Notes: generated from the letters alone by a model not told the origin. Shown: positions 17,179 to 27,203, counted from the first letter of the stretch. The stretch: DNA of 64,000 bases from a candidate division WOR-3 bacterium (GCA_037444665.1 JBBILZ010000006.1:56-64055), one strand, 5' to 3'. Numbers and translations: made by a program.

Positions 17179-17207
17179 TTGACTTTTCAGTAGATTTGAA
17201 TTATAAT
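17179..17207 (+). promoter_or_regulatory. Promoter TTGACT-17-TATAAT, 8 nt before the ATG at 17216
   Basis: TTGACTtttcagtagatttgaatTATAATtcagtattATG. Confidence 0.5.
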
Positions 17208-17215
17208 TCAGTATT

Positions 17216-17623
17216 ATGGCAGGACCTACTGTGGCAATTAGTTTAACGAGTGAAAAGATTGAAAAACTTGAAAAATTACTTAATGAATTCTTCAGCCAGT
17301 CAAATGTGGTATGGTCAATGCTCATTACCAGTGCTGGACACCTTCTGGTTCAGAGGGGGTTTACACATACATTTGATACCCTTGCTATTGCTGCCCTTAC
17401 CTGTAATATATTCAATTCTACAATGGAACTGGCAAAGATTATCGGCGAAAAAAATTTTTATGAATTACTCCAGGAAGGGAAAAAGGCGAGTGTTTACTAT
17501 GTATCACTCAATGGAAACTACTTACTGGTTTCACTTTTTGATGACCGCACTATTCCCGGGGTCGTTAAGGTTGCATCAGAAGAATTTTCAAAAAATGTTA
17601 CAAATATTCTGAGGACAATATGA
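17216..17623 (+). CDS. Roadblock/LC7 (MglB-like) domain protein
   Basis: 135 aa. The sequence pattern (...SMLITSAGHLLVQ...LAIAALTCNIFN...SLNGNYLLVSLFDD...) fits the Roadblock/LC7 fold. Confidence 0.65.
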   Translation: MAGPTVAISLTSEKIEKLEKLLNEFFSQSNVVWSMLITSAGHLLVQRGFTHTFDTLAIAALTCNIFNSTMELAKIIGEKNFYELLQEGKKASVYYVSLNGNYLLVSLFDDRTIPGVVKVASEEFSKNVTNILRTI

Positions 17624-19524
17624 TTAAGAAAACAATAGACTTTCAAAATCTCTATATTTACGAAGGCAATAAAGTTGCTTTTATGGCAGCACAGAAGATT
17701 ATTGAATTTCCCGGTGAGATATTCAATCCTTTCTATGTTTATGCCACAAGCAGTTATGGTAAAACCTATTTTCTCTGGGCATTATATGGAGAATTTACCA
17801 AAAAAGAGCCTGCCCTGTTTTTTACACCCAAAGAATTTGAAGATTATTTGCAAAGCACAAATCAATTTGACTCAGCAATCTTTGTGGATGATATAAATCG
17901 CATTGCGGAAAGATTCCAGGAACAGATGCTCACACTCGTTGATATCTTAATATCAAAGAACAAACAACTATGTTTTTCTGGAAATGTTGCACCGCGTGAA
18001 CTGAAAAATTTGAGTTCAAAGATTATATCCCGTATTGAAGGCGGATTGGTCTGTGACATCCAGGCACCAAGAGAGATGGCATTGGTTGATTTTATAAAAA
18101 AGAAATCTGAGGAAAGGGGCATAATTCTTCCTGACGAGATTGCGCTTGAACTCACCCAGCTTTCTGCAGGTTCTTTCAGAACAATTGATGGTATGCTAAA
18201 CCGTCTCGTCGCCTATGCCTCGCTGGGCAATATCACATTTGATTTAAATACAGTGCGTTTGATCTTAAAAGAATTTTACCCGCGCGGCATTTATAGTCCT
18301 GTTGCTTCTCTGGTAGAAGAATTGAAAAAGAGTGCGGATGCAATCCTGCCAGAAATTTCCGAGAAAAAAGACCCATACAGTGAATATAAAGAAAAAATCT
18401 ATATCTGGGAAATGAAAGGATTTGATACCTCAGAGCTAAAACCCCTACTTGATGGTAATATTGAAACACTTGCTGATGCCTATAATAAATTCATTAAAAA
18501 AGTTGAGAAATTGATAGAATTACAGAAAGAATTTGGTGCTATTGATACTTCAAAATTTCCTGAAGAGGCGATGAGAATAGAGACTATGCTCTTTTCTCCT
18601 GACAAAATTGAAGAGATTGAAAATCTGCTTTCCAACATAAAAGAAAGACTCAAGGCTGAAGAGAAAAAACCCTTTGAAAATTATCTTATTGGTGAATGTA
18701 ATAGAACCGTGCTTGAACTATATGAAAAATCAATATTGCCCAATCTGGGCAAAAAATTTAATCCGTATGTAATATTTGGACCTCCAGGAACCGGCAAGAC
18801 CTTTCTCTGTGCAGAAATATTTTCAGACCTGAAAATAAAAGGGTACAGACCTGTAGTAATTGATTTTGAACAACAATTACCTGAACTACAACAGACCCTG
18901 GATGCGAAAAATGCATTATTGATTGACAATTTTCATAAAATCCTGCAGATAGAACTAGAACTGCGTAATAAATATACAGAAATTATTCTTGATTATATAA
19001 AGCAGGAGTATCCAGTATTTATATTTTCTGAGCCATTTTCCCAAGATGTGCAATTGACTGAAAATGAAAAACTCTTATTTGAATTTGGCGTAGAAGCCAG
19101 ACTAAATGAGCCTGACCCGGAAATAACAAAGACCATACTCAGTGCAAAACTAACACCTGAGGAATTTGAGGAAGTGCAGGGCAAAGGCATTCCCCAATTT
19201 AAAAACTTTAATGAATTTGATGATTTTATTAAAAATTTAAGGACGTCTCAACCGGTTACTGAAGTACCAGAAACAGAGACAGTGGTCAGTCTGGGACTTC
19301 CAGGAGAAGAAACTATCATACCTGCACCTGCGCCTGAGGAAATCAAAGAACCTGAACCGCAACAATTAGCGACAACCGAATTGGTTGAACCTGTGAAAAC
19401 ACCTGAACCGACTGTTTCCGTAGAAGAACCGCTCAAGAAACTAAAAGAACAGAGACTTCTTGTCCAAGAAATCCTTGATGAACTACTGGAAGAAAGTTAT
19501 GAACCACTAAACAAGAAGGCATAG
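17620..19524 (+). CDS. Protein with two tandem DnaA/Hda-like AAA+ domains and a Pro/Glu-rich tail (not a replication initiator)
   Basis: Domain 1: TIDFQNLYIYEGNKVAFMAAQ...FNPFYVYATSSYGKTYFL...AIFVDDINRIAERFQEQ...SRIEGGLVCDIQAP. Domain 2: FENYLIGECNRTVLELYEK...FNPYVIFGPPGTGKTFL...LLIDNFHKI. There is no DnaA domain IV. The C-terminus is a PAPAPEEIKEPEP... tail. Confidence 0.6.
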   Translation: MIKKTIDFQNLYIYEGNKVAFMAAQKIIEFPGEIFNPFYVYATSSYGKTYFLWALYGEFTKKEPALFFTPKEFEDYLQSTNQFDSAIFVDDINRIAERFQEQMLTLVDILISKNKQLCFSGNVAPRELKNLSSKIISRIEGGLVCDIQAPREMALVDFIKKKSEERGIILPDEIALELTQLSAGSFRTIDGMLNRLVAYASLGNITFDLNTVRLILKEFYPRGIYSPVASLVEELKKSADAILPEISEKKDPYSEYKEKIYIWEMKGFDTSELKPLLDGNIETLADAYNKFIKKVEKLIELQKEFGAIDTSKFPEEAMRIETMLFSPDKIEEIENLLSNIKERLKAEEKKPFENYLIGECNRTVLELYEKSILPNLGKKFNPYVIFGPPGTGKTFLCAEIFSDLKIKGYRPVVIDFEQQLPELQQTLDAKNALLIDNFHKILQIELELRNKYTEIILDYIKQEYPVFIFSEPFSQDVQLTENEKLLFEFGVEARLNEPDPEITKTILSAKLTPEEFEEVQGKGIPQFKNFNEFDDFIKNLRTSQPVTEVPETETVVSLGLPGEETIIPAPAPEEIKEPEPQQLATTELVEPVKTPEPTVSVEEPLKKLKEQRLLVQEILDELLEESYEPLNKKA

Positions 19525-21111
19525 ATGGCGATTAAAGGCTCATTGAGTGAAGCAACCTTGCCCGATGTGATTCAACTTTTGAGTTATTCATTGAGGTCAG
19601 GATGCCTGTCTGTAACTGATGGAAAGAATTTTGGAAATATTTTTATCAAAGATGGAAAGATAATCTATGCTACACTTCTCAATCGCAAGGACAGATTAGG
19701 TGATATTCTTGTGCGCAAACAGAAGATTGATGAAACGATTTTGAAATCAGCACTTGATGAACAACGCCAGACCAATAAACGGTTAGGAGAGATACTCGTA
19801 GAAAAGGGCTATATTACCAGAGAAATCTTAGAGAGTGAATTAGCAAACCAGATCTCTGAAACAATCTTCACCATGCTCACCTGGGAGACCGGCTATTTCA
19901 ATTTTGAAGCTGACCTATTACCGGGTAGTGAAGATTTTCTCGTTCAATTATCACCGCAGGAATTACTCCTTGAAGGTGCCCGCCGTATAGATGAATGGCG
20001 CAAGATTGAAAAAAGGTTACCTCCATTTGAGACGGTGCTGGCAGTAAAAAAGGATTATACTGGTATTCCGTTAACTTTTGAAGAAGAAAAAATTTTAACC
20101 CTTATTGATGGAAATCGGACCATTGATGATATTCTGAAACTCTCAGAATTTGATTTTTTTGAAACCTGCCGAACAATCTATGCCTTAATCTCTGCCGGCA
20201 TCGTTGAAAAACCTGAAAAGACTGAACTTGTTAGAAAAACTGCTGGCGATATTACAGAATATAAAAATCTTGGCTTTGCCTTTTTCAAAACAGGAATGCT
20301 GGACGAAGCAGAAAGGGAATTCAATAAAATTCTGGAAATTGTGCCTGACAATACTGAAGCACTTATGTATTGTGGACTTATAGAAATAAAACGGAATAAT
20401 TTCACCAGGGCAAAAGATTTTTTACTTAAAGCAGTAAATATAGAAAAGAATCCTTCAATTTTAAATAACCTTGCTTATATTTACAACAAAACAAATCTAT
20501 TTGATGATGCGCTCACTAACCTCAATCAGGCACTGGAACAGGCACCAGAAAATCCCCGTATCAACTGCAATTTAGGTATTGCATTGTTCCATAAAGGAGA
20601 ATTAGAAAATGCCCGTAATCTATTTAAACAACTCATAGAGAAAAAACCAGAATATATAACCGGCTATATATATCTTTCATTAATATATATAAAATCTAAT
20701 GAGATACAATTGGCAGTAGATTTTTTAAAAGAATGCATAAATAAATTTCCCCGCCTCGCTGTTTTCAAAAATAATCTCGCGGTCGTTTATGAAGCAATTG
20801 ACCTACCCGAAGAAGCAGAAAGATATTATCGTCTGGCACTGAATGATGAACCCCAAAATTACTCTATCTGCAGGAATTTAGCCGATTTTTATTATGAATC
20901 GCAGATCCTGGGTGCGGCAAAAGAATTGTATGAAAAGATTCCTGATGAAGAAAAGAACTGGGAGAGTCTGTTTAAATTAGGTAATATCCTTATGCGTTTA
21001 GGTGATGCTGATTCAGCACTCAATTACTGGGAAAAGGCAAAAAATTTAAATCCCGAAAATCAGGTGATAACCCAGAACATTGAACTACTCAAGAAGTCTC
21101 GTGGAAATTAA
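19525..21111 (+). CDS. DUF4388 / MshEN (T2SS-E N-terminal-like) / TPR repeat protein
   Basis: N-terminus GSLSEATLPDVIQLLSYSLRSGCLSV (DUF4388-like). LGEILVEKGYITREILESELANQ matches the MshEN / GspE-N motif. Multiple TPRs follow at the C-terminus. Its ATG follows the TAG stop of the preceding gene directly. Confidence 0.55.
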   Translation: MAIKGSLSEATLPDVIQLLSYSLRSGCLSVTDGKNFGNIFIKDGKIIYATLLNRKDRLGDILVRKQKIDETILKSALDEQRQTNKRLGEILVEKGYITREILESELANQISETIFTMLTWETGYFNFEADLLPGSEDFLVQLSPQELLLEGARRIDEWRKIEKRLPPFETVLAVKKDYTGIPLTFEEEKILTLIDGNRTIDDILKLSEFDFFETCRTIYALISAGIVEKPEKTELVRKTAGDITEYKNLGFAFFKTGMLDEAEREFNKILEIVPDNTEALMYCGLIEIKRNNFTRAKDFLLKAVNIEKNPSILNNLAYIYNKTNLFDDALTNLNQALEQAPENPRINCNLGIALFHKGELENARNLFKQLIEKKPEYITGYIYLSLIYIKSNEIQLAVDFLKECINKFPRLAVFKNNLAVVYEAIDLPEEAERYYRLALNDEPQNYSICRNLADFYYESQILGAAKELYEKIPDEEKNWESLFKLGNILMRLGDADSALNYWEKAKNLNPENQVITQNIELLKKSRGN

Positions 21112-21886
21112 TTTTCAGAATTTAATAAAACTCATTGAAGAGAAAACCGGATTTAAATGTGGCAGTTATAAAGAAAAACCACTCACCCGTCGCATCCGAG
21201 TCCGTATGCGTGCCCTTGGTCTGTCAGAATTCTCTCAATACTACAATTATCTAACGAGCAACCCTGAAGAATTTACAAAATTGCTTGATACCCTGACCAT
21301 AAAATTATCATATTTTTTTAGAAATACAGAAACCTTTGATTATTTAAAAAATGAAATTTTTCCGAGTTTTAAAAATAATGAAAAAATTATTATCTGGAGT
21401 GCTGGCTGTGCCCAGGGTGAAGAACCATATTCCCTGGCAATAATTGCTGCAGAATCGGGAATTTTAGACCGGGTTATGATCTATGCGACCGACATTGATG
21501 ACCATGCCCTAAAAAAAGCAAAGGCAGGTGATTATCCATCAATCGTGTTTCAATATACTCCCCAATTATATATTGAAAAATATTTTGAAAAGATTGGTGA
21601 GAATTACCGGATAAAAGACCATCTTAAATCAATTATTCAGTTCATCCATCTTGACCTTTTTGATAATTGTCCCTTCCCATTATGTGATGTCATTATGTGC
21701 CGCAATGTTTTAATTTATATGGACCGCAATGCCCAATCAGTTCTCGTGCGGAAATTCCTTGATAATTTAAAGCCGGGCGGATATCTGGTAATTGGCAAGG
21801 TTGAATTACTCCTTGGTATTCCTGAGGCAAAGTTTTTTTCTATTGTCAATCGTTCTGAACGCGTATACCAGAAGATCAAGGCATAA
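21080..21886 (+). CDS. cheR: Chemotaxis protein methyltransferase CheR
   Basis: CheR N-terminal domain plus a SAM MTase (IWSAGCAQGEEPYSLAI). Confidence 0.8.
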   Translation: MNYSRSLVEINFQNLIKLIEEKTGFKCGSYKEKPLTRRIRVRMRALGLSEFSQYYNYLTSNPEEFTKLLDTLTIKLSYFFRNTETFDYLKNEIFPSFKNNEKIIIWSAGCAQGEEPYSLAIIAAESGILDRVMIYATDIDDHALKKAKAGDYPSIVFQYTPQLYIEKYFEKIGENYRIKDHLKSIIQFIHLDLFDNCPFPLCDVIMCRNVLIYMDRNAQSVLVRKFLDNLKPGGYLVIGKVELLLGIPEAKFFSIVNRSERVYQKIKA

Positions 21887-21912
21887 AATGAACCCATTCA
21901 TTAAAAAAGCAG

Positions 21913-22374
21913 ATGGCAATTGAACAAAAAGTTGGCATAGGTGAAATAAAGATTGCAAAAGGTGATGTTGTCCTTTCTGCGTATGGTGTTGGTTCCTGCG
22001 TGGTCTTAACTTTCTATGATGCGGAAACCAAGACCGGTGGGCTCGCCCATATTCTATTGCCCCATGGTGCAGATGGCAGTTTCAAACATCCCAGAGGTGC
22101 AATTGAAGAGATGCTTAGACAATTTAGTGCCCTGGGCATTGACCGAAAAAAGATTGTAGCAAAAATTGCTGGTGGTTCCACAATGTTCGGAGAATTGATA
22201 CAAACTTCTATTGGGCAAAGAAATGTTGCTGAAACCAGGGAACAATTGAAAAAATTCTCTATTTTTCTCGCGGCAGAAGATGTCTATGGAAATTGGGGCA
22301 GAACTATCTTTTTTAATCTGAATACCGGTGATGTAGTAATCAGCTCATACCGCCACGGAGAAAAAATTATATAA
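21913..22374 (+). CDS. cheD: Chemoreceptor glutamine deamidase CheD
   Basis: VLSAYGVGSCVVLTFYD...GGLAHILLP matches the CheD family. Confidence 0.8.
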   Translation: MAIEQKVGIGEIKIAKGDVVLSAYGVGSCVVLTFYDAETKTGGLAHILLPHGADGSFKHPRGAIEEMLRQFSALGIDRKKIVAKIAGGSTMFGELIQTSIGQRNVAETREQLKKFSIFLAAEDVYGNWGRTIFFNLNTGDVVISSYRHGEKII

Positions 22375-23387
22375 TGAAAAAGAAAGTATTAATTGTAGAA
22401 GACTCGGTATTAATGCAAAGGGTAATAGGTGATATAATCCAGTCTTCAGGAGAATTTGAAGTATGCGGTTACGCGCGGGACGTGAGTGAGGCGTGGGCAA
22501 AATTTAGTAAATTAAGACCCGACCTTATTACCCTTGATTTTGAACTACCTGGTGAAAATGGGCTTGTCTTTTTACAAAAGATTATGGCAAATAATCCGAC
22601 GCCTGTTTTGATGCTTTCCGCACACACCCGACAGGGTGCAGAGATTACCATCAAGTCACTGGAACTGGGTGCAGTAGATTTTTTCCCTAAACCATCTGGT
22701 CCAATCTCTATTGACCTCTATGACTTCAAAGAGGAGTTGCTCTTAAAATTGCGGGGAGTTGCGCGAGCAAATCTTAGACCAGTTTTACCTGCACCTCAAA
22801 TCAAACCGATAACCAGGAAGATTGATTATGTAATCGGTATTGCTGCATCTACTGGTGGTGTTAAGGCATTGAACTTTTTAGTATCTTCTTTAAGCAGTGA
22901 AACAGGCTACAGAATTATTATTGTCCAGCATATGCCCAAATTCTTTACGGCGAGTCTGGCATTACATTTAGATGAGAAATCAAGCCTTTCTGTAAAAGAG
23001 GCAATAAATGGTGACCCTCTCTCCTGTGATACAGTATTCATCGCACCTGGCGGCAATCATATAAAGGTTCATCCTTCAGGTCAGATGGTCATTTTAACTG
23101 ATGAACCACCCAGGCATGGATTAAAACCCTGTGCTGACCTGCTCTTTGAATCAATGGCTGAAGTTTACAAAAACAGAGCTCTGGGCATTGTCCTCTCTGG
23201 TATGGGACACGATGGAACTGCTGGATTGAAAAAAATTAAAGCGATGGGTGGACTGACAATTGCCCAGGACCCATCTGAGGCAACTATCGGAAGCATGCCC
23301 CAGTCTGCAATAGATGCGGGTGTTGTGGATTATGTATTACCATTGCCTTTGATAGTAAATAAATTGACCGAATTGGCGCAGATATGA
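22374..23387 (+). CDS. cheB: Protein-glutamate methylesterase CheB (receiver + methylesterase)
   Basis: Receiver domain (VLIVEDS...ITLDFELPGENG) and methylesterase domain (IGIAASTGG, HMP, GMGHDG). Confidence 0.85.
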   Translation: MKKKVLIVEDSVLMQRVIGDIIQSSGEFEVCGYARDVSEAWAKFSKLRPDLITLDFELPGENGLVFLQKIMANNPTPVLMLSAHTRQGAEITIKSLELGAVDFFPKPSGPISIDLYDFKEELLLKLRGVARANLRPVLPAPQIKPITRKIDYVIGIAASTGGVKALNFLVSSLSSETGYRIIIVQHMPKFFTASLALHLDEKSSLSVKEAINGDPLSCDTVFIAPGGNHIKVHPSGQMVILTDEPPRHGLKPCADLLFESMAEVYKNRALGIVLSGMGHDGTAGLKKIKAMGGLTIAQDPSEATIGSMPQSAIDAGVVDYVLPLPLIVNKLTELAQI

Positions 23388-24250
23388 TTGAAAAGATTAA
23401 ACACCAGTTAGATGAACTTAATAGATTGATAAAAGAGTATACCCCTGCCCAGGATAAAACGATTAAGGAATTGATAAAAAAGTTATACATTGATATTGCG
23501 AATGGGATAAAATATTTGAATCAAGCACAGGATGACCTGTATCGCCTTGCTCGCGATTTACGAGATAGAAAAACGAACCGTGTTGATATGGACCGCTTTT
23601 ATTCATTCATTAAAGCAAAGGCTTCTCCTGAACTTGACATTGCTACATATCTTGACCGCGCCTGGAATTTAATCGTTATGGAAGAATATGATGAAGCAAT
23701 AAATATTCTAAAAAAGGTGCTTGAAATTGACCCGAAAAATCTGCGCGGACTTGGTCTGATCGGCCTTGGCTTGATGCATAAAGAGATGTATGATGATGCA
23801 ATGTTATATTTTCAAAAAGTTCTATTGATTGAGCCGAGCAATCCATTTGCCTTGAATAACTTAGGATTTATTTGCTACAAAAAAGGAATCTGGGGTGAGG
23901 CAATTGAACATTTGAGCAAGGTTGCGAAACAGACCAGGGACAGGATGGCAAGGCTCTATGCCAATTACTATCTTGGCCTGGTCTACTACGAAAGGGGTAT
24001 GGTTGCTGATGCCATAAAGTTTTTTGAAGAAGCACTCAAGCTCGGTCCTAACCTCCAGGAAGTTTCTTATTATCTTGGTCTTGCTGAATTAAAAAGATAT
24101 GAATTCCATAAGGCAGTTGAATATTTTGAAAAGTGTATAAAGATTGACCGGGAATCAAAATATGGAAAACTTGCTCAGGAAGAGGCAGAAAAGATCAAAC
24201 CCATTATTGAACCAATGTCAATAAAAAATCGCAATAAACAAGATTCTTGA
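23384..24250 (+). CDS. TPR repeat protein
   Basis: Multiple TPR motifs. Overlaps cheB by 4 nt. Confidence 0.5.
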   Translation: MIEKIKHQLDELNRLIKEYTPAQDKTIKELIKKLYIDIANGIKYLNQAQDDLYRLARDLRDRKTNRVDMDRFYSFIKAKASPELDIATYLDRAWNLIVMEEYDEAINILKKVLEIDPKNLRGLGLIGLGLMHKEMYDDAMLYFQKVLLIEPSNPFALNNLGFICYKKGIWGEAIEHLSKVAKQTRDRMARLYANYYLGLVYYERGMVADAIKFFEEALKLGPNLQEVSYYLGLAELKRYEFHKAVEYFEKCIKIDRESKYGKLAQEEAEKIKPIIEPMSIKNRNKQDS

Positions 24251-25029
24251 TGTATTTAAATAAAATATTAAAAAAGGCAGAAGAGATTGTAGTCCATACT
24301 GGAGACCATATCCATCGGCTCTCCAGCCAGAAGAAAAATATTGCATACAAAGGTGCGGTCAATCTAATAACCCAATTTGATAATATGGCACAAACAATGA
24401 TTGTAAAATTTCTTTTGAAAAATTTTCCTGATTATGGAATCTTAAGTGAAGAAAATGTCAATCATAATATAGACAGACCCATTAAATGGCTCCTTGACCC
24501 ACTTGATGGCACAACCAATTTTGCCCATAACTTACCGATCTGGGCAATCTCACTCGGTCTGGAAGTAGAGGGCTCGGTAATGCTTGGCATTGTCTATGAC
24601 CCAACAAGAAAAGAGTTGTTTACCGCAATTAAGGGCAAGGGGGCATTTCTGAATAAGAGAAAAATTCAGGTCTCTAAAATTAAAAATCTTGGAAAGAGCC
24701 TTCTCGTAACTGGTTTTCCTTATGATATTAGAGAGAGTAAAGAAAATAATCTTGACCATTTTGCACGATTCTGTGTGCGTGCCCAGGCAGTAAGAAGATT
24801 GGGCTCGGCAGCACTTGACCTCTGTTATACTGCCTGCGGCAGATTTGATGGATACTGGGAACTAAAACTCTCACCCTGGGACCAGGCAGCAGGCTCATTG
24901 ATTCTGCAAGAAGCAGGCGGAAACATTACTGATTTCAAGGGTAAACCATTCTGCATCTATGGCAAAGAGGTGCTTGGCACAAACGGACTTATCCACAAGC
25001 AGATGATGCAGGTTTTAAATTTTAGATAA
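24247..25029 (+). CDS. Inositol monophosphatase family protein (SuhB-like)
   Basis: WLLDPLDGTTNF and WDQAAG motifs. Confidence 0.8.
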   Translation: MMYLNKILKKAEEIVVHTGDHIHRLSSQKKNIAYKGAVNLITQFDNMAQTMIVKFLLKNFPDYGILSEENVNHNIDRPIKWLLDPLDGTTNFAHNLPIWAISLGLEVEGSVMLGIVYDPTRKELFTAIKGKGAFLNKRKIQVSKIKNLGKSLLVTGFPYDIRESKENNLDHFARFCVRAQAVRRLGSAALDLCYTACGRFDGYWELKLSPWDQAAGSLILQEAGGNITDFKGKPFCIYGKEVLGTNGLIHKQMMQVLNFR

Positions 25030-25032
25030 TTA

Positions 25033-26076
25033 TTATCTTTTGTATTTTTTCAATTGCAAAATTTGATGCGGCTTTTTTACAATCCCCTTTTCTGTTATAA
25101 TACCTGAAATCAACTTTGCTGGTGTCACATCAAATGCAGGATTACAGACCTTTGCCTTTTTTGCTACAATACATCTTTTATTAAAATAGGCAACCTCTGC
25201 TCCATCCCTGCATTCAATTGGAATATCAGCACCTGATTTGATATTGAAATCAAATGTAGAGAGCGGTGCAGCAACATAAAAAGGAATTTTATAATAATGG
25301 GCAATAATTGCCAGCCCTTTTGTGCCAATCTTATTTGCAGTATCGCCATTCAGCGCAATGCGGTCTGCACCGACCAGAACCATATCCATCTCTGGCATAT
25401 AGGTTCCTGCCATATTATCACAGATGGTATATGTCTCAATTCCATTCTTTGTCAATTCCCATGCCGTAAGCCTTGCGCCCTGTAACAAAGGCCTTGTTTC
25501 GCAGGAATAGACAGAAAATCTTTTGCCCATTTCCTTGGCAGTATATAATACACCCAGTGCAGTGCCTATACCACTTGTTGCCAGGGCACCAGCATTACAG
25601 TGAACCATAATTTTACTATTATCTTTTACAAGTCGGGCGCCATACTTCCCAATCATTATACAGGACTCTTTATCTTCATTTTCAATCATCTGTGCCTCTT
25701 TAAGCAAAATTTGATAAAGTATCCTGCGCTCTTTATCTTTATCCAGCATTTTCTCAACTTTTTTAATACACTTCTCCATCCTATCAATTGCCCAGGCAAG
25801 GTTGACTGCAGTAGGCCTTGCAGACTTTAAATATTCGGCATCTTTTAATATTTTTGAACGATTATTTTTAAAACTGGATAACACTACGCCATAGCCGGCA
25901 GTCACACCAATAAGTGGTGCACCACGCACCTGTAATGTCTTTATTGCATGATAAACATCGCTGACTGTTTTTAATCTTATATAAACTTCTTTCTCTGGTA
26001 ATCGGGTCTGGTCCAGCACAATAATTTCGTTCCTTTGTTTATCATATTTAATGGTTTTAAAGGCAATCATAGGCAT
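25033..26076 (-). CDS. mtnA: Methylthioribose-1-phosphate isomerase (eIF-2B alpha/beta/delta family)
   Basis: Hallmarks of the MtnA/eIF2B family are present (LDQTRLP, RGAPLIGVTAGYG). Confidence 0.75.
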   Translation of the reverse strand: MPMIAFKTIKYDKQRNEIIVLDQTRLPEKEVYIRLKTVSDVYHAIKTLQVRGAPLIGVTAGYGVVLSSFKNNRSKILKDAEYLKSARPTAVNLAWAIDRMEKCIKKVEKMLDKDKERRILYQILLKEAQMIENEDKESCIMIGKYGARLVKDNSKIMVHCNAGALATSGIGTALGVLYTAKEMGKRFSVYSCETRPLLQGARLTAWELTKNGIETYTICDNMAGTYMPEMDMVLVGADRIALNGDTANKIGTKGLAIIAHYYKIPFYVAAPLSTFDFNIKSGADIPIECRDGAEVAYFNKRCIVAKKAKVCNPAFDVTPAKLISGIITEKGIVKKPHQILQLKKYKR

Positions 26077-26093
26077 TTGAATTGGTCGCGCAC

Positions 26094-26981
26094 CTACTTA
26101 ATACCTTTGTGCCTCTTTGCTGAAATGATGGTATTATACAAAAGCATGGTTATGGTCATAGGTCCAACACCACCAGGCACTGGTGAAATGGCACTCGCCT
26201 TTTTACTAACTTCATCAAACTCCACATCACCAATCAATCTGAATCCACTCTTTTTTGTTGAATCCTCAATACGATTAACACCCACATCAATAACAACTGC
26301 ACCTTCCTTAACCATATCTCCATTAACAGTATGGGGTCTACCCGCTGCCACCACAAGGATATCTGCCTGTTTAGTATAATCACCCATATTCTTTGTGCCA
26401 GTATGGCACATCGTGACCGTTGCATTTGCTCCGGGTTTCTTCTGAACAAGAATCATTGCCAGTGGTTTGCCCACGATATTACTTCTTCCAACAATTACTA
26501 CATGTTTACCCGAAACCTCTATGCCATTGCGGATTAATAATTGTTGAATGCCATGGGGTGTGCAGGGTAGAAAGCAATCAGCACCGATCATCAATTTACC
26601 TACATTTACCGGATGGAATCCATCCACATCCTTGTCCGGGTCAATTGCGTATAAAACCTTTTCTTCATTAATATGGTCAGGCAATGGCAATTGAACGAGG
26701 ATACCATGAATTGTATCATCTTTATTGAGATTATCAATAAGTTTTAGAAGTTCAGATTCCTGATAATCAGCAGCAAATTTATATTCCCGCGACATAATCC
26801 CGACCTCAGCACATGCCTTTTCTTTTCCTTTCACATAAGAAATAGAAGCAGGATTATCACCAACCAGGACCACTGCCAATCCCGGCACAAGGTTATACTT
26901 CTCTTTAAGTTCTACAATCTCTTTTTTCATCTCCTCGCGCATCTTTTCTGCAAGTTCAGTCCCGCTTAAAATTTTTGCCAT
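26094..26981 (-). CDS. folD: Bifunctional methylenetetrahydrofolate dehydrogenase/cyclohydrolase FolD
   Basis: ASISYVKGKEKAC and VGRSNIVGKP motifs, 295 aa. Confidence 0.9.
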   Translation of the reverse strand: MAKILSGTELAEKMREEMKKEIVELKEKYNLVPGLAVVLVGDNPASISYVKGKEKACAEVGIMSREYKFAADYQESELLKLIDNLNKDDTIHGILVQLPLPDHINEEKVLYAIDPDKDVDGFHPVNVGKLMIGADCFLPCTPHGIQQLLIRNGIEVSGKHVVIVGRSNIVGKPLAMILVQKKPGANATVTMCHTGTKNMGDYTKQADILVVAAGRPHTVNGDMVKEGAVVIDVGVNRIEDSTKKSGFRLIGDVEFDEVSKKASAISPVPGGVGPMTITMLLYNTIISAKRHKGIK

Positions 26982-27078
26982 TTCTCTCCTTTCTATGAAA
27001 ATTTGAAATATGGTTATTATATATTTTACACCACCAAAGTCAATGGAAAAAAGCAGAGTTTTACCTGTTCACCTAAAT

Positions 27079-27108
27079 ATTGTAGTTGCCTCATTTATGA
27101 GGCATTAT
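27079..27108. repeat. Solo REP-like element (GTAG box + hairpin with a compensatory stem variant)
   Basis: attGTAGttGCCTCATttATGAGGCat has the same architecture as 2909-2939, with stem ctcat/atgag instead of ccgat/atcgg. Confidence 0.5.
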
Positions 27109-27168
27109 ATTTTGGCAAAAACCAGACGATAAATCAGAAAAGTGGTGAATAATCAAAATATCATATAG

Positions 27169-27203
27169 TTGACTTTGTCCATTTTTTCATTATAATTGAC
27201 ATT
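27169..27203 (+). promoter_or_regulatory. Promoter TTGACT-16-TATAAT, 7 nt from the tdh ATG (leaderless configuration)
   Basis: TTGACTttgtccattttttcatTATAATtgacattATG. Confidence 0.55.

Noticed and set aside
17620-19524. Calling this gene dnaA (chromosomal replication initiator)
   Set aside because: There is no C-terminal DNA-binding domain IV, the AAA+ module is duplicated, and the gene is embedded in a che/roadblock operon rather than next to dnaN/recF.
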